Shown: positions 11,301-20,788 of the stretch, piece by piece | Position numbering within the stretch: position 1 is the first letter of the stretch | Layout: every line of letters begins with the position of its first letter | The notes under the pieces: model-generated | What the model saw: only the letters and a program-made list of their open reading frames with translations | The model's database searches: none | What the model was told of the DNA's origin: nothing | Position numbers and translations under genes: made by a program | NCBI GenBank assembly: GCA_024691565.1 | Contig: JAILNN010000174.1 | Span: forward strand, 1-59,472 | Direction: 5' to 3' | Length of the DNA: 59,472 nucleotides | Origin: Lachnospiraceae bacterium | GTDB taxonomy: Bacteria > Bacillota > Clostridia > Lachnospirales > Lachnospiraceae

Positions 11301-12692
11301 GCTGAAGAGCAGAGGCTTCTTTATGTTGCGCTTACAAGGGCTAAGGAAAAGTTGATTGTAACTGGAAAATTAAATTATAATCCTAATAAAACAATGACAG
11401 CGCAAAATGAATTGTTTTATCGAACTTTTGATAAAATTGATAATACTGTAAAATTTGGATATAAAGATATGGATGGTTATAATAATTACTATTCATGGAT
11501 TGTTGCTGGTATTTATCGTAGAGATGCTTTTAAAGGGGCTATGGAAGATTATGCTAATAAGATGTCATCTCTTATCGAAAGAATTAAGGAATTAGATGAA
11601 AATGATGGTGCTACTGAAAGTCTTGAATTACATGATGATGATTATGTAGGATGTTCAAGTGAAAAAGGATTGGATGTTAAGTTTATATGTTGTGAAAATA
11701 TTATTGATTATGGACAGAAGATAATTCAAGGCGTTGAAGAGGAGATTGAAAGGAGAAATAAGGAGCCTAATCCTCTGGAAGAAGCTAAACTCTTAGAGCT
11801 TATTAGAGCTCAAAGAGAATATCAATATCCTTTTGAGAATTCTCTTAAATATCCTTCTAAAATTAGTGTTTCTGCACTTAAGAAGAGGGCATATGAGGAA
11901 GCATCTAATCCAAAGAGCGCTGATAGTGAGAGCGTTAACTCTTTAGGGGAAAACGCCATTGATGAGATTGTTGACTTAATTAGTGAGAATTCTAATCAGA
12001 AGAGTGATGTAGAACTTGAGGGTGGAATTGAAGATAAGGATATAAAGAATCGCTATATTAGGCATGCTGATAGAGATGTGATTAATCTTGGTGCAACCAG
12101 GGGTACGGTTTACCATAATATTATGGCTCATATTGATTTTGCAGATTTATCTAAATATGATACAATTGAGAAGTTTGAAAAATTTATTGATTCTTTACTG
12201 AAAAAAGCAGTAGTTACTGAGGATGAGAAGAGTCTTATTGATAATTCAGATTTTATGGATTTCTTTACAGATAATAATAATCCGATTATAGGGGAGTTAA
12301 TAAAGGCTGGTGAGAAAAAGAGAATTTGGTGTGAGCAGCCTTTTATGAAGGAATACTCTTCGGATAGGCTTTTTGAGGGAAAGGATGACTTTACGGATAC
12401 TTCTAATAAGACGGTTGTTCAAGGAGTGATTGACCTTTGGTTTATTAATGAAGATAATAAGATAATTCTCGTTGACTATAAGACTGATGGGCTTAGCTCT
12501 AAGGGATTTTTAAGAAATGCCTCTGATGAAAAGAAGGGTGAGTTTAGAGCAGAGCTTATTAAGAGATATCAAACACAGTTTGATTATTATTCAGATGTGC
12601 TTGAAAGTATGATGGGGCGAGAAGTTACAGAGAGATATATTTATTCATTCTCTTTATTAGAAGTAATTAGTGTACCAGTTGCAAAGAAATAA
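8400..12692 (+). CDS. addA: ATP-dependent helicase/nuclease subunit A (AddA/RexA), unusually long (1430 aa)
   Basis: UvrD/Rep helicase motifs (AAAGSGKT, VTFTKAAA, IDEYQDSN, VGDVKQSIYGFR, NYRS, SIHKSKGLEF, LLYVALTRAK) and a C-terminal RecB nuclease (GVIDLWF...LVDYKTD). Confidence 0.92.
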   Translation: MARWNKNQERVINWRNSYALVSAAAGSGKTAALIERILRLVIDDGVDVNKLIVVTFTKAAASEMKERLMKALESKIYELSMKENLSADEELLEERLEKQISLVNTALVCTIDSFCQYIIKNYFYAIDDFDPSFTVIDQNDNEILLTETVEKVVEGRYEEAADDVFINTVRMYSGWKSDDDFKSLIKALVKKALTHPQPEKWLDEVLFAYDVENEKWDEFFNMNSENYKPNSSNWMEFIFDFIENKISQYREYACFARKILVDGKETKVDEDLNEKKLKAALELLDKFIYTIDLDIDHFDRVLKLSEEKKDFNALCREMVNFNVLPFDRSYSNVKEEKAAAKKYRDLYCDKYKKILDMFNLENMELMNIREDEYAKKKALNLDDENLDEALELKNLNEQIEYKEPIDIIKERFLKIYPYLSELIDTVKEVMASYAKEKKDRNTVDFNDMERFALRILTVEDENGKLCPSEVARELKANFKQIMIDEYQDSNLIQEAILTSISGESGEPYVFMVGDVKQSIYGFRHARPDLFLEKYYSYSPEEEFLDGDEDAPQSEREGKKILINLDRNYRSRIEVLEFTNEIFKKLMKREFGKLDYDERASLKYGELYDESEYPVEVMLLDESDLRKYIDDENKKKKLFYGNNEFSRVELEAITVGKRIRELCGIDGFSALEIDGGTAEDGSRIKKKLEYKDIVLLFRGIKGVSDTYKDILERMDIPVFCEGTKGYYDRHEIQIVLNYLKIIENPLQDIPFVGVLRSAFVGLNEKELARIKAYGKKKYYYYEGALAYVEKHDNELSRKLKAFLDRLMYYRSIEKERNAYELINNILEDEGFFQLVSVQENGEKKAENLKILKKNAYDFIQRGNRGVAEFNKYIEDLMGNDLDRGEADISSDGSNAVRIMSIHKSKGLEFPVVILCGIHKDFNLRDSSGNIIIDNDLGLCTEDINAQLGVKTSNPYKLLVKEKISLDSKAEEQRLLYVALTRAKEKLIVTGKLNYNPNKTMTAQNELFYRTFDKIDNTVKFGYKDMDGYNNYYSWIVAGIYRRDAFKGAMEDYANKMSSLIERIKELDENDGATESLELHDDDYVGCSSEKGLDVKFICCENIIDYGQKIIQGVEEEIERRNKEPNPLEEAKLLELIRAQREYQYPFENSLKYPSKISVSALKKRAYEEASNPKSADSESVNSLGENAIDEIVDLISENSNQKSDVELEGGIEDKDIKNRYIRHADRDVINLGATRGTVYHNIMAHIDFADLSKYDTIEKFEKFIDSLLKKAVVTEDEKSLIDNSDFMDFFTDNNNPIIGELIKAGEKKRIWCEQPFMKEYSSDRLFEGKDDFTDTSNKTVVQGVIDLWFINEDNKIILVDYKTDGLSSKGFLRNASDEKKGEFRAELIKRYQTQFDYYSDVLESMMGREVTERYIYSFSLLEVISVPVAKK

Positions 12693-12715
12693 CAGGTATT
12701 TGAGGTGGAAATTTT

Positions 12716-13438
12716 ATGGATTTTATAATTCCAGATTTTAAGAAGAGACAGCTTAATAATTACCAGAAGATGGAATTTATTTTTAAAGAGATTGAGAAAA
12801 ATGGGCTTCAGGATGATAAGGCTATGAGGCTTATTTTACATAGTTGTTGTGCTCCTTGTTCTTCTCATGTTATCAGTGTTTTAACTGAGTACTTTAATAT
12901 TACGGTTCTTTATTATAACCCTAATATTGAACCCTATGATGAGTATTTAAAGAGAAAGAATGAAGAGATTCGATTTATTAAGGAGTTTTCGGAAGGTGGA
13001 AACACCCGTCACTCGCTCGATTTGATGGATTGCGACTATGATAATGACAAGTTTCATGAAATGGTTAGAGGAATGGAAATGCTTCCTGAGGGAGGTGAGA
13101 GATGTTTTTTATGTTATGAAGAGCGTCTGAGAAAAGCTGCTTTAGTAGCGCGTGACAATGGATATGACTTTTTTACAACTACCTTGAGTGTGAGTCCTTA
13201 TAAAAATGCTGAAAAGATTAATGAAATTGGTGAGAGGCTTGAAAAGGAAATTGGAGTTAAGTTTTTGTATTCTGACTTTAAAAAGAAGAATGGATATTTA
13301 AATAGCATCAAGCTTTCGAAGGAATATAATCTTTATCGGCAGGATTATTGCGGATGTATTTATTCTAAGAGGGATTCAAAGTGCAAGGAATGTAAGAAAA
13401 ATAGTGAGAAATTCGATGATTGTTCAACGATTAAATAA
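12716..13438 (+). CDS. queH: Epoxyqueuosine reductase QueH (DUF208)
   Basis: LHSCCAPCSS, ERCFLCY and DYCGC cysteine motifs are characteristic of QueH. 240 aa. Confidence 0.8.
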   Translation: MDFIIPDFKKRQLNNYQKMEFIFKEIEKNGLQDDKAMRLILHSCCAPCSSHVISVLTEYFNITVLYYNPNIEPYDEYLKRKNEEIRFIKEFSEGGNTRHSLDLMDCDYDNDKFHEMVRGMEMLPEGGERCFLCYEERLRKAALVARDNGYDFFTTTLSVSPYKNAEKINEIGERLEKEIGVKFLYSDFKKKNGYLNSIKLSKEYNLYRQDYCGCIYSKRDSKCKECKKNSEKFDDCSTIK

Positions 13439-13516
13439 TCGGTTTTGGAATAAGTTGAAAATTCTAAACTGTAAATGTGGTAAAAGTGTTTTAGAATTGT
13501 GAAGATATTGTGAAAA

Positions 13517-13545
13517 TTGACCAAATGACCTACTATTATTATAAT
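13517..13545 (+). promoter_or_regulatory. Sigma-A promoter (TTGACC-17-TATAAT) upstream of the aldo/keto reductase
   Basis: Near-consensus hexamers with 17-nt spacing, about 90 nt upstream of the ATG at 13635. Confidence 0.6.
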
Positions 13546-13634
13546 TTAATGATATTATAGTAATGTTGAGTAAATATTCATACAATTATTTGGTATGAGA
13601 GGTCAAGCCTTATTTAAGATATGGAGAATTTTAT

Positions 13635-14630
13635 ATGAATAGTGGAAAAAGATATGAAACTATGAAATATCGAAGAGTTGGGAAAAGTGGCTTGTTACTT
13701 CCGGAGATTTCATTGGGTTTATGGCATAATTTTGGGACCTATGATAATTACTCAAACATGAAGAAGATGTGCCATGTTGCCTTTGATAATGGTATTACAC
13801 ATTTTGATTTGGCGAATAACTATGGGCCTGAACCTGGAAGTGCAGAAAGAAATTTTGGGAAAATCTTGAGGGAAGATTTTAGAAATTACAGAGATGAGAT
13901 GATTATTTCTACGAAGGCAGGATATGATATGTGGCCGGGACCTTACGGTGATTTCGGTAGCAGAAAGTATCTGATTGCCAGTCTAGATCAAAGTCTTAAA
14001 CGGATGGGAATTGAGTACGTTGATATTTTTTATCATCATAGGATGGATCCAGACACACCATTAGAGGAAACGGTGGGTGCTCTTGATCAAATTGTTAGAA
14101 GTGGTAAGGCGTTGTATATTGGAATTTCTAATTACGATGGTGAGACTTTAACAAGAATTAAGGCGTTATTTGACGAAGTCCATGTTCCTTTTATTATCAA
14201 TCAAAACAGATACAATATTTTTGATAGAACAATTGAGAATAACGGTCTTAAGAAGGTTTCAGCAAGAGAAGGTAAGGGAATTATTGCTTTTTCACCTTTA
14301 GATCAGGGAATCCTAAGTGGAAGATATATGAATGGTATTCCTAAAGACAGTCGTGTTGGTGGAAGAAGTGTTTTCTTACATGAGAATGATATTACTGAGG
14401 AGAAGCTTAGTAAGCTAGAAAAACTTCAGGCATTCGCTAAGAGACGAGGTCAGAGTCTTTCACAGCTTGCACTTTCGTGGGTTCTTAAAGATGATGTGGT
14501 TTCTAGTGTGCTTATTGGTGCTAGTAAACCGGAACAGATTTTAGAGAATCTAAAGATTATTGATAGGAAGCCTATTAGCGAAGCTGAGGCTGAATATATA
14601 GAATTAATTGTTAATGATAAGGAAGATTAA
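13635..14630 (+). CDS. Aldo/keto reductase (YghZ/Gpr-like)
   Basis: RYETMKYRRVGKSGLLLPEISLGLWHNFG aligns by eye with the E. coli YghZ N-terminus. AKR motifs are present (FDLANNYG, ISTKAG, YHHR). 331 aa. Confidence 0.85.
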   Translation: MNSGKRYETMKYRRVGKSGLLLPEISLGLWHNFGTYDNYSNMKKMCHVAFDNGITHFDLANNYGPEPGSAERNFGKILREDFRNYRDEMIISTKAGYDMWPGPYGDFGSRKYLIASLDQSLKRMGIEYVDIFYHHRMDPDTPLEETVGALDQIVRSGKALYIGISNYDGETLTRIKALFDEVHVPFIINQNRYNIFDRTIENNGLKKVSAREGKGIIAFSPLDQGILSGRYMNGIPKDSRVGGRSVFLHENDITEEKLSKLEKLQAFAKRRGQSLSQLALSWVLKDDVVSSVLIGASKPEQILENLKIIDRKPISEAEAEYIELIVNDKED

Positions 14631-14690
14631 TTCAATTGGAGTTGTTATTTATTATTAATTAAATAAACATTATATTACTAGGAGGAAATT

Positions 14691-16931
14691 ATGTTTAATT
14701 TTAAGAATGTATGTTACAAGGCTTTTGCGATTTGCCTTACTGGTGCAGTTGCACTTTCATCAACCGGATGTAAGATTGGTTTTGGTGGAAAAAAGAAAGG
14801 TAATAGCAACATTAAAGTTGAAAACGGCGGAGCCTTTAAGATTGACGAAGAAGTAGGCGATGGTATTGCAATGGTTGTTGAAGATTCAACAGTTGCTTAT
14901 GCAAATGGATATTTTCTATTTGATGTATATTCTACTGATGACGCAACTGCTGGCAATACATTATATGTTTATAATGTAGAAGATGATGAATTAAATAGTT
15001 ATGAAGTTCCTGATTACTATGAAAGATTTCAGCCAACTAAAGACGGCAATGTTTATGCAGTAAATTATGATTATACAAAGAATAATCCACCTATTGAGCT
15101 TATTAGCCTTGATTCAAAAGGTGAGGTAAAACAGAAAGTTGAATCTAAAGACTTCTTCAAAGAGAAGAAGAATAATAACATTTCTGATTTGAGAGTAGAT
15201 GGTGATGGTAATTGCTATGTTTTGGGAGATTCAGAAATTGTTAAACTTAATGATAAGTTTAAGAGGGAATCATCTATTAAGTTCAAGGATTCAGTAGATG
15301 GAATTGGTTTTGATAATGATGACAATTTGATATGCTCAATGTATGATCCAGAAGAGGGTACTTCAAGTGTTTATGAATGTGATTTTAAAAAGGGTGAAAT
15401 TGGAGAAAGCGTAGCTGAGTTTGACGGCTATGGATGGTACGCAAGTACTATTAGTAAGGGATTTGATGATTACGTGTTTACAATGGCATGTGAAAATGGT
15501 ATTTATGGATTTAAGGAAGATGGTTCAAATGAGATACTTTTACATTTCTTAAATTCAAATATTGACAGTTCAGGTAATAATCTAATTAAGGTTATTGACA
15601 AGGAGAATTCTATTGCTGTTTTAAATAATGGTAGTGAAGAAGAACCACTTAATCAGATTTGCAAATTAGTTAAGATTCCTGATAAAGAATTTGCTAAGAA
15701 GGAAGTTATTACATTTGGTTCACCTAATATAGACTATAGTGTGAAGACTTCAATTGTTGAATTTAACAAGCAGAGTGATAAATACAGAGTTGAAATAGTT
15801 GATTACGAAGGCGATAATCCTATTGATACTTTTAAGACTGAAATTACAGCTGGTAATATTCCGGATATTATTGATACTTCAGCGCTTAGTAGTAAGAGTC
15901 TTGTTAGTAAGAATCTCTTAGAGGATTTAACACCTTACTTTGATAAGGATAAAGATGTTAAAAAGGATGATATTCTTGATGCAGTTATAAGAGCATGTTC
16001 TATTGATGATAAGATTTATACTGTTTCTCCTGGATTTAATATATCTTCACTTGTAACTAGTACAGATAGAACAGATGCAGATCATTGGACATATGACGAA
16101 TTCTTAGATATGGTTGATGGACTTAAGAAAGATGAAGTTGCTTATAATTACAATACTAAATTTACATATTTCAATGCATTTGTTTTAAATAATGTCGACG
16201 AGTTTATCGATTTTGAAAAGGGTAAATGTAATTTTGATAGCGAAACATTCAAAAGACTTCTTGAATTCTGTAACTCAGGTTCTCAAGATGTTGCAGGTGG
16301 TGAAGAAAATGATGACGGAAATGATAAGATTGTAAAGAAGAGATTTAAGAATGATTTATACTTATCAATCGGTTTTCAGGGAAATCCATCATACATTTGT
16401 CTCTATGATCAGATGTTCAAGGGTAAGGCTAATTATATAGGTTATCCTTCAGATAAATGTAGTGGTACATATATGATGCTATCTAGTAGCTTTTCTATGT
16501 ATTCTAAGTCTGCAGTTAAGGATGGTGCTTGGGAACTTCTGAAATACTTCCTTTCAAGAGAATACCAGGGTAAATCACTTGATAGTTATTTGATACCTAC
16601 TAGAAAAGATAATTTTGAAGATTATTGTAAGCAATTTACTACAACTGAGAAATACACTGATGAATGGGGACACAAAGTTGTACCTGCTTCTGGTATGGAT
16701 TCAGCAGCTATGTTTGAGGGTGAGATTAAGCCATTGACTGAAGATCAGATAGATATTTTTAGAGATTTAGTTGATAAATCTACTCTTGCTACAATTTCAT
16801 TCTACAATGATAAGCTTTCAACAATTCTTAGTGAAGAACTTGAAGCATATTACAATGGTGATAAGTCAGTAGATAACGTATGTGATTCTATTCAGAACAG
16901 AGTAACGACATATATTAATGAATCAAAATAA
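14691..16931 (+). CDS. Lipoprotein: ABC-transporter solute-binding domain (C-terminal half) fused to an N-terminal extra domain of about 330 aa
   Basis: Signal peptide ending LSSTGC (lipobox-like). The C-terminal half has family-1 SBP features (ITAGNIPDIIDT..., KIYTVSPGF..., YIGYPS). The N-terminal half has recurring short beta-strand-like motifs (DGNVYAVNYD, DGDGNCYVLGD, ENGIYGFKEDG). Confidence 0.7.
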   Translation: MFNFKNVCYKAFAICLTGAVALSSTGCKIGFGGKKKGNSNIKVENGGAFKIDEEVGDGIAMVVEDSTVAYANGYFLFDVYSTDDATAGNTLYVYNVEDDELNSYEVPDYYERFQPTKDGNVYAVNYDYTKNNPPIELISLDSKGEVKQKVESKDFFKEKKNNNISDLRVDGDGNCYVLGDSEIVKLNDKFKRESSIKFKDSVDGIGFDNDDNLICSMYDPEEGTSSVYECDFKKGEIGESVAEFDGYGWYASTISKGFDDYVFTMACENGIYGFKEDGSNEILLHFLNSNIDSSGNNLIKVIDKENSIAVLNNGSEEEPLNQICKLVKIPDKEFAKKEVITFGSPNIDYSVKTSIVEFNKQSDKYRVEIVDYEGDNPIDTFKTEITAGNIPDIIDTSALSSKSLVSKNLLEDLTPYFDKDKDVKKDDILDAVIRACSIDDKIYTVSPGFNISSLVTSTDRTDADHWTYDEFLDMVDGLKKDEVAYNYNTKFTYFNAFVLNNVDEFIDFEKGKCNFDSETFKRLLEFCNSGSQDVAGGEENDDGNDKIVKKRFKNDLYLSIGFQGNPSYICLYDQMFKGKANYIGYPSDKCSGTYMMLSSSFSMYSKSAVKDGAWELLKYFLSREYQGKSLDSYLIPTRKDNFEDYCKQFTTTEKYTDEWGHKVVPASGMDSAAMFEGEIKPLTEDQIDIFRDLVDKSTLATISFYNDKLSTILSEELEAYYNGDKSVDNVCDSIQNRVTTYINESK

Positions 16932-16943
16932 AAAGGTGATAAT

Positions 16944-17825
16944 ATGAAACGATTTAAATTCAGACACTTTAAAGATAGATTTTCAAGTTTTATATTTCTA
17001 TTTCCTAGTCTTTTAGGTGTGTTGGTATTTTTTATCATACCATTCTTCATAATTATAGAGTATTCCATTATGGATAACCCTATTAATCGTGAATTTGTTG
17101 GACTGGAGAATTTTAAAAATTTAATGACAAACAAGGCGTTTATTACGGCGGCTAAGAATACAGCAATTTTTTCGCTTATTTCTGTGCCGTCCGCCGTTGT
17201 TGTTTCATTGTTGATGGCTATGGTTTTGGAAAAGAATATTCCGTTTAGTAGTCAGTTTAGAACATTTTTACTTAGTCCTATGATGGTACCAGTTGCATCC
17301 ATCGTGCTAATTTGGAGAGTTCTCTTTGATTACAATGGTTCAATGAATGAGTTTATTATGAACCTTGGGATGAAACCGATTGACTGGTTCCAGACGGATT
17401 TTTCACAGCTGGTAATCGTGTTCTTGTTCCAATGGAAGAATCTGGGTTATAATATGATTCTTTTTATGGCGGCTCTTGCATCTATACCTAAGGATGTTTT
17501 AGAGGTTGCAAGTATGGAGTATACTGGACCTTTAACTATCTTCTTTAAGATAAAAATTAGGTATTTGTCATCAACCATTTTCTTTGTATCGCTGTTAACT
17601 CTTGTCAACTCTTTTAAGGTATTCCGTGAGATTTACCTTTTGACAGGAGATTATCCATATAGCAGTTTGTATATGTTACAGCATTTCATGAATAATACAT
17701 TCCAAAGCTTGGATTATCAAAAGCTTTCTGCGGCTGCAATTATTATGGCGGCTGTTATGTGTGTTATTATTGGAATCATGTTTGCACTCGATAATAAGTA
17801 TGCAAAAGATATCGAAGAAGGGTGA
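16944..17825 (+). CDS. ABC transporter permease (CUT1 sugar type, MalF-like)
   Basis: Six predicted TM helices and an EAA-like loop (IPKDVLEVASMEYTGPLTIFFKI). 293 aa. Confidence 0.85.
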   Translation: MKRFKFRHFKDRFSSFIFLFPSLLGVLVFFIIPFFIIIEYSIMDNPINREFVGLENFKNLMTNKAFITAAKNTAIFSLISVPSAVVVSLLMAMVLEKNIPFSSQFRTFLLSPMMVPVASIVLIWRVLFDYNGSMNEFIMNLGMKPIDWFQTDFSQLVIVFLFQWKNLGYNMILFMAALASIPKDVLEVASMEYTGPLTIFFKIKIRYLSSTIFFVSLLTLVNSFKVFREIYLLTGDYPYSSLYMLQHFMNNTFQSLDYQKLSAAAIIMAAVMCVIIGIMFALDNKYAKDIEEG

Positions 17826-17833
17826 GGGTTGAC

Positions 17834-18931
17834 ATGAAGAAAATATTTAAGTTTTTACATAAGAAGAAAAAAGAAAAAGAAGAGATTGTTGAAGCTAACA
17901 ATGATGCAATAATTAAAAATGTTGACATTACTAAGTTTTCAGAATATCTCGAAGAGGCATATGCAGATCCGCATGCAGTTAAGAATATTGATATTGCGGA
18001 GTGCATTAAAAAGACAAAGAAGAAAAAGAAGTTAAGAAAGGTTAATAGAATAATATTATTTGTAGTTGCATTGTTTTTCTCTACATCTTTCTTGATTCCT
18101 ACTGTTTTAACAATTGTTAACTCCTTTATGTCTGGAGCAGAGATTAATTCTAACTATGGAATTATATTTAAGAAATACGAAGAGCAGAGTGATATGGGAA
18201 CGTTTGGAGCTAATTCAAGTTACGTGTCTGATAAGGTTAATTTGAAGCTTATTCCAGATGAAGTTACATTTTCACAGTATGGAACTGTTCTTTTGAAAAG
18301 TCCTGATTATTTGCTTAAATTCTGGAATTCGGTACTATATGTTGTTCCGATTGTATTTTTCCAGATATTTATTGCGCTTGGCGCCTCGTATAGTTTTATG
18401 AGATTTCAGGGTAAGATTAAGACGATGATATTCTTTATATACATTATTCTTATGCTGATGCCTTTCCAGGTTACACTTGTTCCTAACTATATCGTTGCTG
18501 AGAAGATTGGAACCTTGAATACGGTTTGGGCGATTCTGCTACCAGGATTTTTTGCTCCGTTTAGTGTTTATCTTCTTACAAGGTTTATGAAGAGAATTCC
18601 GGTTGCTTTGATTGAAGCTGCCAAGATTGATGGAGCTAGTGAATTAAGAATATTCTTTAAGATTTGTGTTCCTTTGTGTAAGAGTGCTATTGCTTCAGTT
18701 GCAATACTTTTATTCATTGATTATTGGAACATGGTTGAGCAGCCGGTTATCATGCTTGATAATAGCGATAAATATCCGTTATCTGTATTCTTATCACAGA
18801 TTAATAATGGAGAGACTGGACTTGCTTTTGCAGTGGCGACAATTTATATGATACCAACCATCTTGATGTTCTTACATGGTGAAGAATATCTTATCGAAGG
18901 TATTTCTTATACCGGTGGAGTTAAAGGATAG
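17834..18931 (+). CDS. ABC transporter permease (CUT1 sugar type, MalG-like) with a K-rich N-terminal extension
   Basis: EAA loop IPVALIEAAKIDGASELRIFFKICVPL. The ATG at 17834 follows GGGTGAGGG; the track GTG at 17822 overlaps the upstream stop. Confidence 0.85.
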   Translation: MKKIFKFLHKKKKEKEEIVEANNDAIIKNVDITKFSEYLEEAYADPHAVKNIDIAECIKKTKKKKKLRKVNRIILFVVALFFSTSFLIPTVLTIVNSFMSGAEINSNYGIIFKKYEEQSDMGTFGANSSYVSDKVNLKLIPDEVTFSQYGTVLLKSPDYLLKFWNSVLYVVPIVFFQIFIALGASYSFMRFQGKIKTMIFFIYIILMLMPFQVTLVPNYIVAEKIGTLNTVWAILLPGFFAPFSVYLLTRFMKRIPVALIEAAKIDGASELRIFFKICVPLCKSAIASVAILLFIDYWNMVEQPVIMLDNSDKYPLSVFLSQINNGETGLAFAVATIYMIPTILMFLHGEEYLIEGISYTGGVKG

Positions 18932-18943
18932 GAGGAGAGAATC

Positions 18944-20764
18944 ATGGATAATAAAGAAAACATTAATGAAAATATTACAGAAAATAATAATACTGAGGTT
19001 GATATGGCTGAGAATAATAATGAAAAGGTTGTTAGAAAGAAGAGAAAACCTATTTTAGATGCTGATGAAATTAGAGCTAAGGCAAAGAAATGGAGAATTA
19101 GAAAGATTGCTGCAGGATTTTTTATCGTTCTGTTATTACTTACTTTCTTCTCTAATACTATTATGAATTTTTATCTTCCTGAGGTTTCATCAAAGTATGT
19201 TTCTAGTGGTACTGTAAGTTCTGCTATTGTTGGACAGGGTATTGTTGAAAATACTAAAGCATATACTGTTAAGGCTAGTGGTAATAGAACAGTTGATAAA
19301 ATCTTTGTTAAAGAGAATGAAAAGGTTAAGGAAGGTCAGCTTCTTTTGACTTATGTTGAGGGTAGTGATACCGATTTAAAAGCGGCCGAAGATGAACTTG
19401 AAGAGCTCGAGAGAAATCGTGAAAAAGAAGAATTAAAGATGCCTACTGATATGACAGAGGATGAGCTTAATTTAAAGAAGGCCAAAGAAGCAGTTGAAGA
19501 TGCTGAAGAAAAATTAGAAGAAACAAAAGAAAACAAAGAAAAATATGACAAGAAGAAGAAAAAACTTGAGGAAGTAACAAAAGAAATTGAAAAGAAAACT
19601 AAAAAGGTTGAAGAACTTACAAAGCAGATTGATGAAATGGGTACAGTTGCATCTGTTACAGATCTTCAGAGTACAATTGCAACAACAGAAAAAGAGCTTG
19701 CTTCATCTAAAGTTGATTTATCTGATTTAGAGGAAGATTTAGAGGCTGCTAAGGCGGATGGTTTAGATACAAAAAGTCTTGAAAGAAGCATTAGAGATAA
19801 GAAGGCGACTATTGCTGAAACGGAAGCTAATCTTACAAAACTTAGAAGTGATCTTGCTAAGGCTACTCAGGATGCTGCTACACTTGCAGCTCTTAAGGCT
19901 GAGATGGATAAAAAGAATGATAAGATTGAAAAGCTTAAGAAAGAACAGACTGAACTTGATGCTAAGGTTTCAGAATTATCTTCAGTAATCGATGTTGAGG
20001 CTGCTAAAGATGCTTTAGAAACAGCAAAAGAAAGCTATGAATCACAGGTTCGTAGTATGGATACTAAAGAAGAAGAGCAGGAAATTGAAGAAAAGACTTC
20101 TGAAATTGATGAAGAAGCTGCATTAGAGCAATTAGCAGAAGCTAAGAAGAAGGTTGAAAAATTAAAGACGGATGATCTTATCGAAGTTAGAGCTAAACAT
20201 GCTGGTGTAGTTAAGAGTATTAAGGCAGAAAAGAAACATGAAGTTTCTAAGGATGCTGAGCTTATTGACATTGAACCTAAGTCAGATGAGTTTACAATTA
20301 AGATTACAATTGATAAATCATATAAGTCAGATCTTAGAATTGGTCAAAAGGCTGATATTGAAGAGGATTATGAGAATAAGATGAAGGCTAAGATTAAGAC
20401 TATTGAAGCTGATGAATCTAATCCTAATGATAAGATTGCAGTTACATTTAAGCTTAAAGGATCAGATATTGCTGTTGGTCAGACTTTGAATTTGAGTATT
20501 GGTGGAAAGATGACAAAACAGGAATATGTTATTCCAAACAATGCTATTCATGAAGATAATAGTGGTAAATTTGTTTATGTTATCACCACAAAGAGTACTC
20601 CTCTTGGTAACAGATATATTGTTAGCAAGGTAGCTGTTACGGTTAAGGCTACTGATGGTAACAGATCAGGTGTTAGTGGAGAGTTTGATGATAGCCCTAA
20701 TGTAGTTACCAATTCTACTAAGCCTCTCGAAGATAAGATGCAGGTTAAACTAGTTTCAGAATAA
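18944..20764 (+). CDS. HlyD/MacA-type membrane-fusion (periplasmic adaptor) protein with a very long coiled coil
   Basis: N-terminal TM. Split lipoyl-like motifs (VDKIFVKENEKVKEGQLLLTY ... VRAKHAGVVKSIKA) bracket about 290 aa of heptad-like E/K/A/L-rich sequence. C-terminal beta-barrel-type region. Confidence 0.75.
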   Translation: MDNKENINENITENNNTEVDMAENNNEKVVRKKRKPILDADEIRAKAKKWRIRKIAAGFFIVLLLLTFFSNTIMNFYLPEVSSKYVSSGTVSSAIVGQGIVENTKAYTVKASGNRTVDKIFVKENEKVKEGQLLLTYVEGSDTDLKAAEDELEELERNREKEELKMPTDMTEDELNLKKAKEAVEDAEEKLEETKENKEKYDKKKKKLEEVTKEIEKKTKKVEELTKQIDEMGTVASVTDLQSTIATTEKELASSKVDLSDLEEDLEAAKADGLDTKSLERSIRDKKATIAETEANLTKLRSDLAKATQDAATLAALKAEMDKKNDKIEKLKKEQTELDAKVSELSSVIDVEAAKDALETAKESYESQVRSMDTKEEEQEIEEKTSEIDEEAALEQLAEAKKKVEKLKTDDLIEVRAKHAGVVKSIKAEKKHEVSKDAELIDIEPKSDEFTIKITIDKSYKSDLRIGQKADIEEDYENKMKAKIKTIEADESNPNDKIAVTFKLKGSDIAVGQTLNLSIGGKMTKQEYVIPNNAIHEDNSGKFVYVITTKSTPLGNRYIVSKVAVTVKATDGNRSGVSGEFDDSPNVVTNSTKPLEDKMQVKLVSE

Positions 20765-20788
20765 TAAATTTGAAAACAGGTGATTAAT

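Noticed and set aside
13466-13503. Imperfect inverted repeat (AATTCTAAAC...GTTTTAGAATT) after queH, considered as a terminator
   Set aside because: The stem is bulged, the loop is about 18 nt, and no T-tract follows. That is insufficient for a confident intrinsic terminator call.
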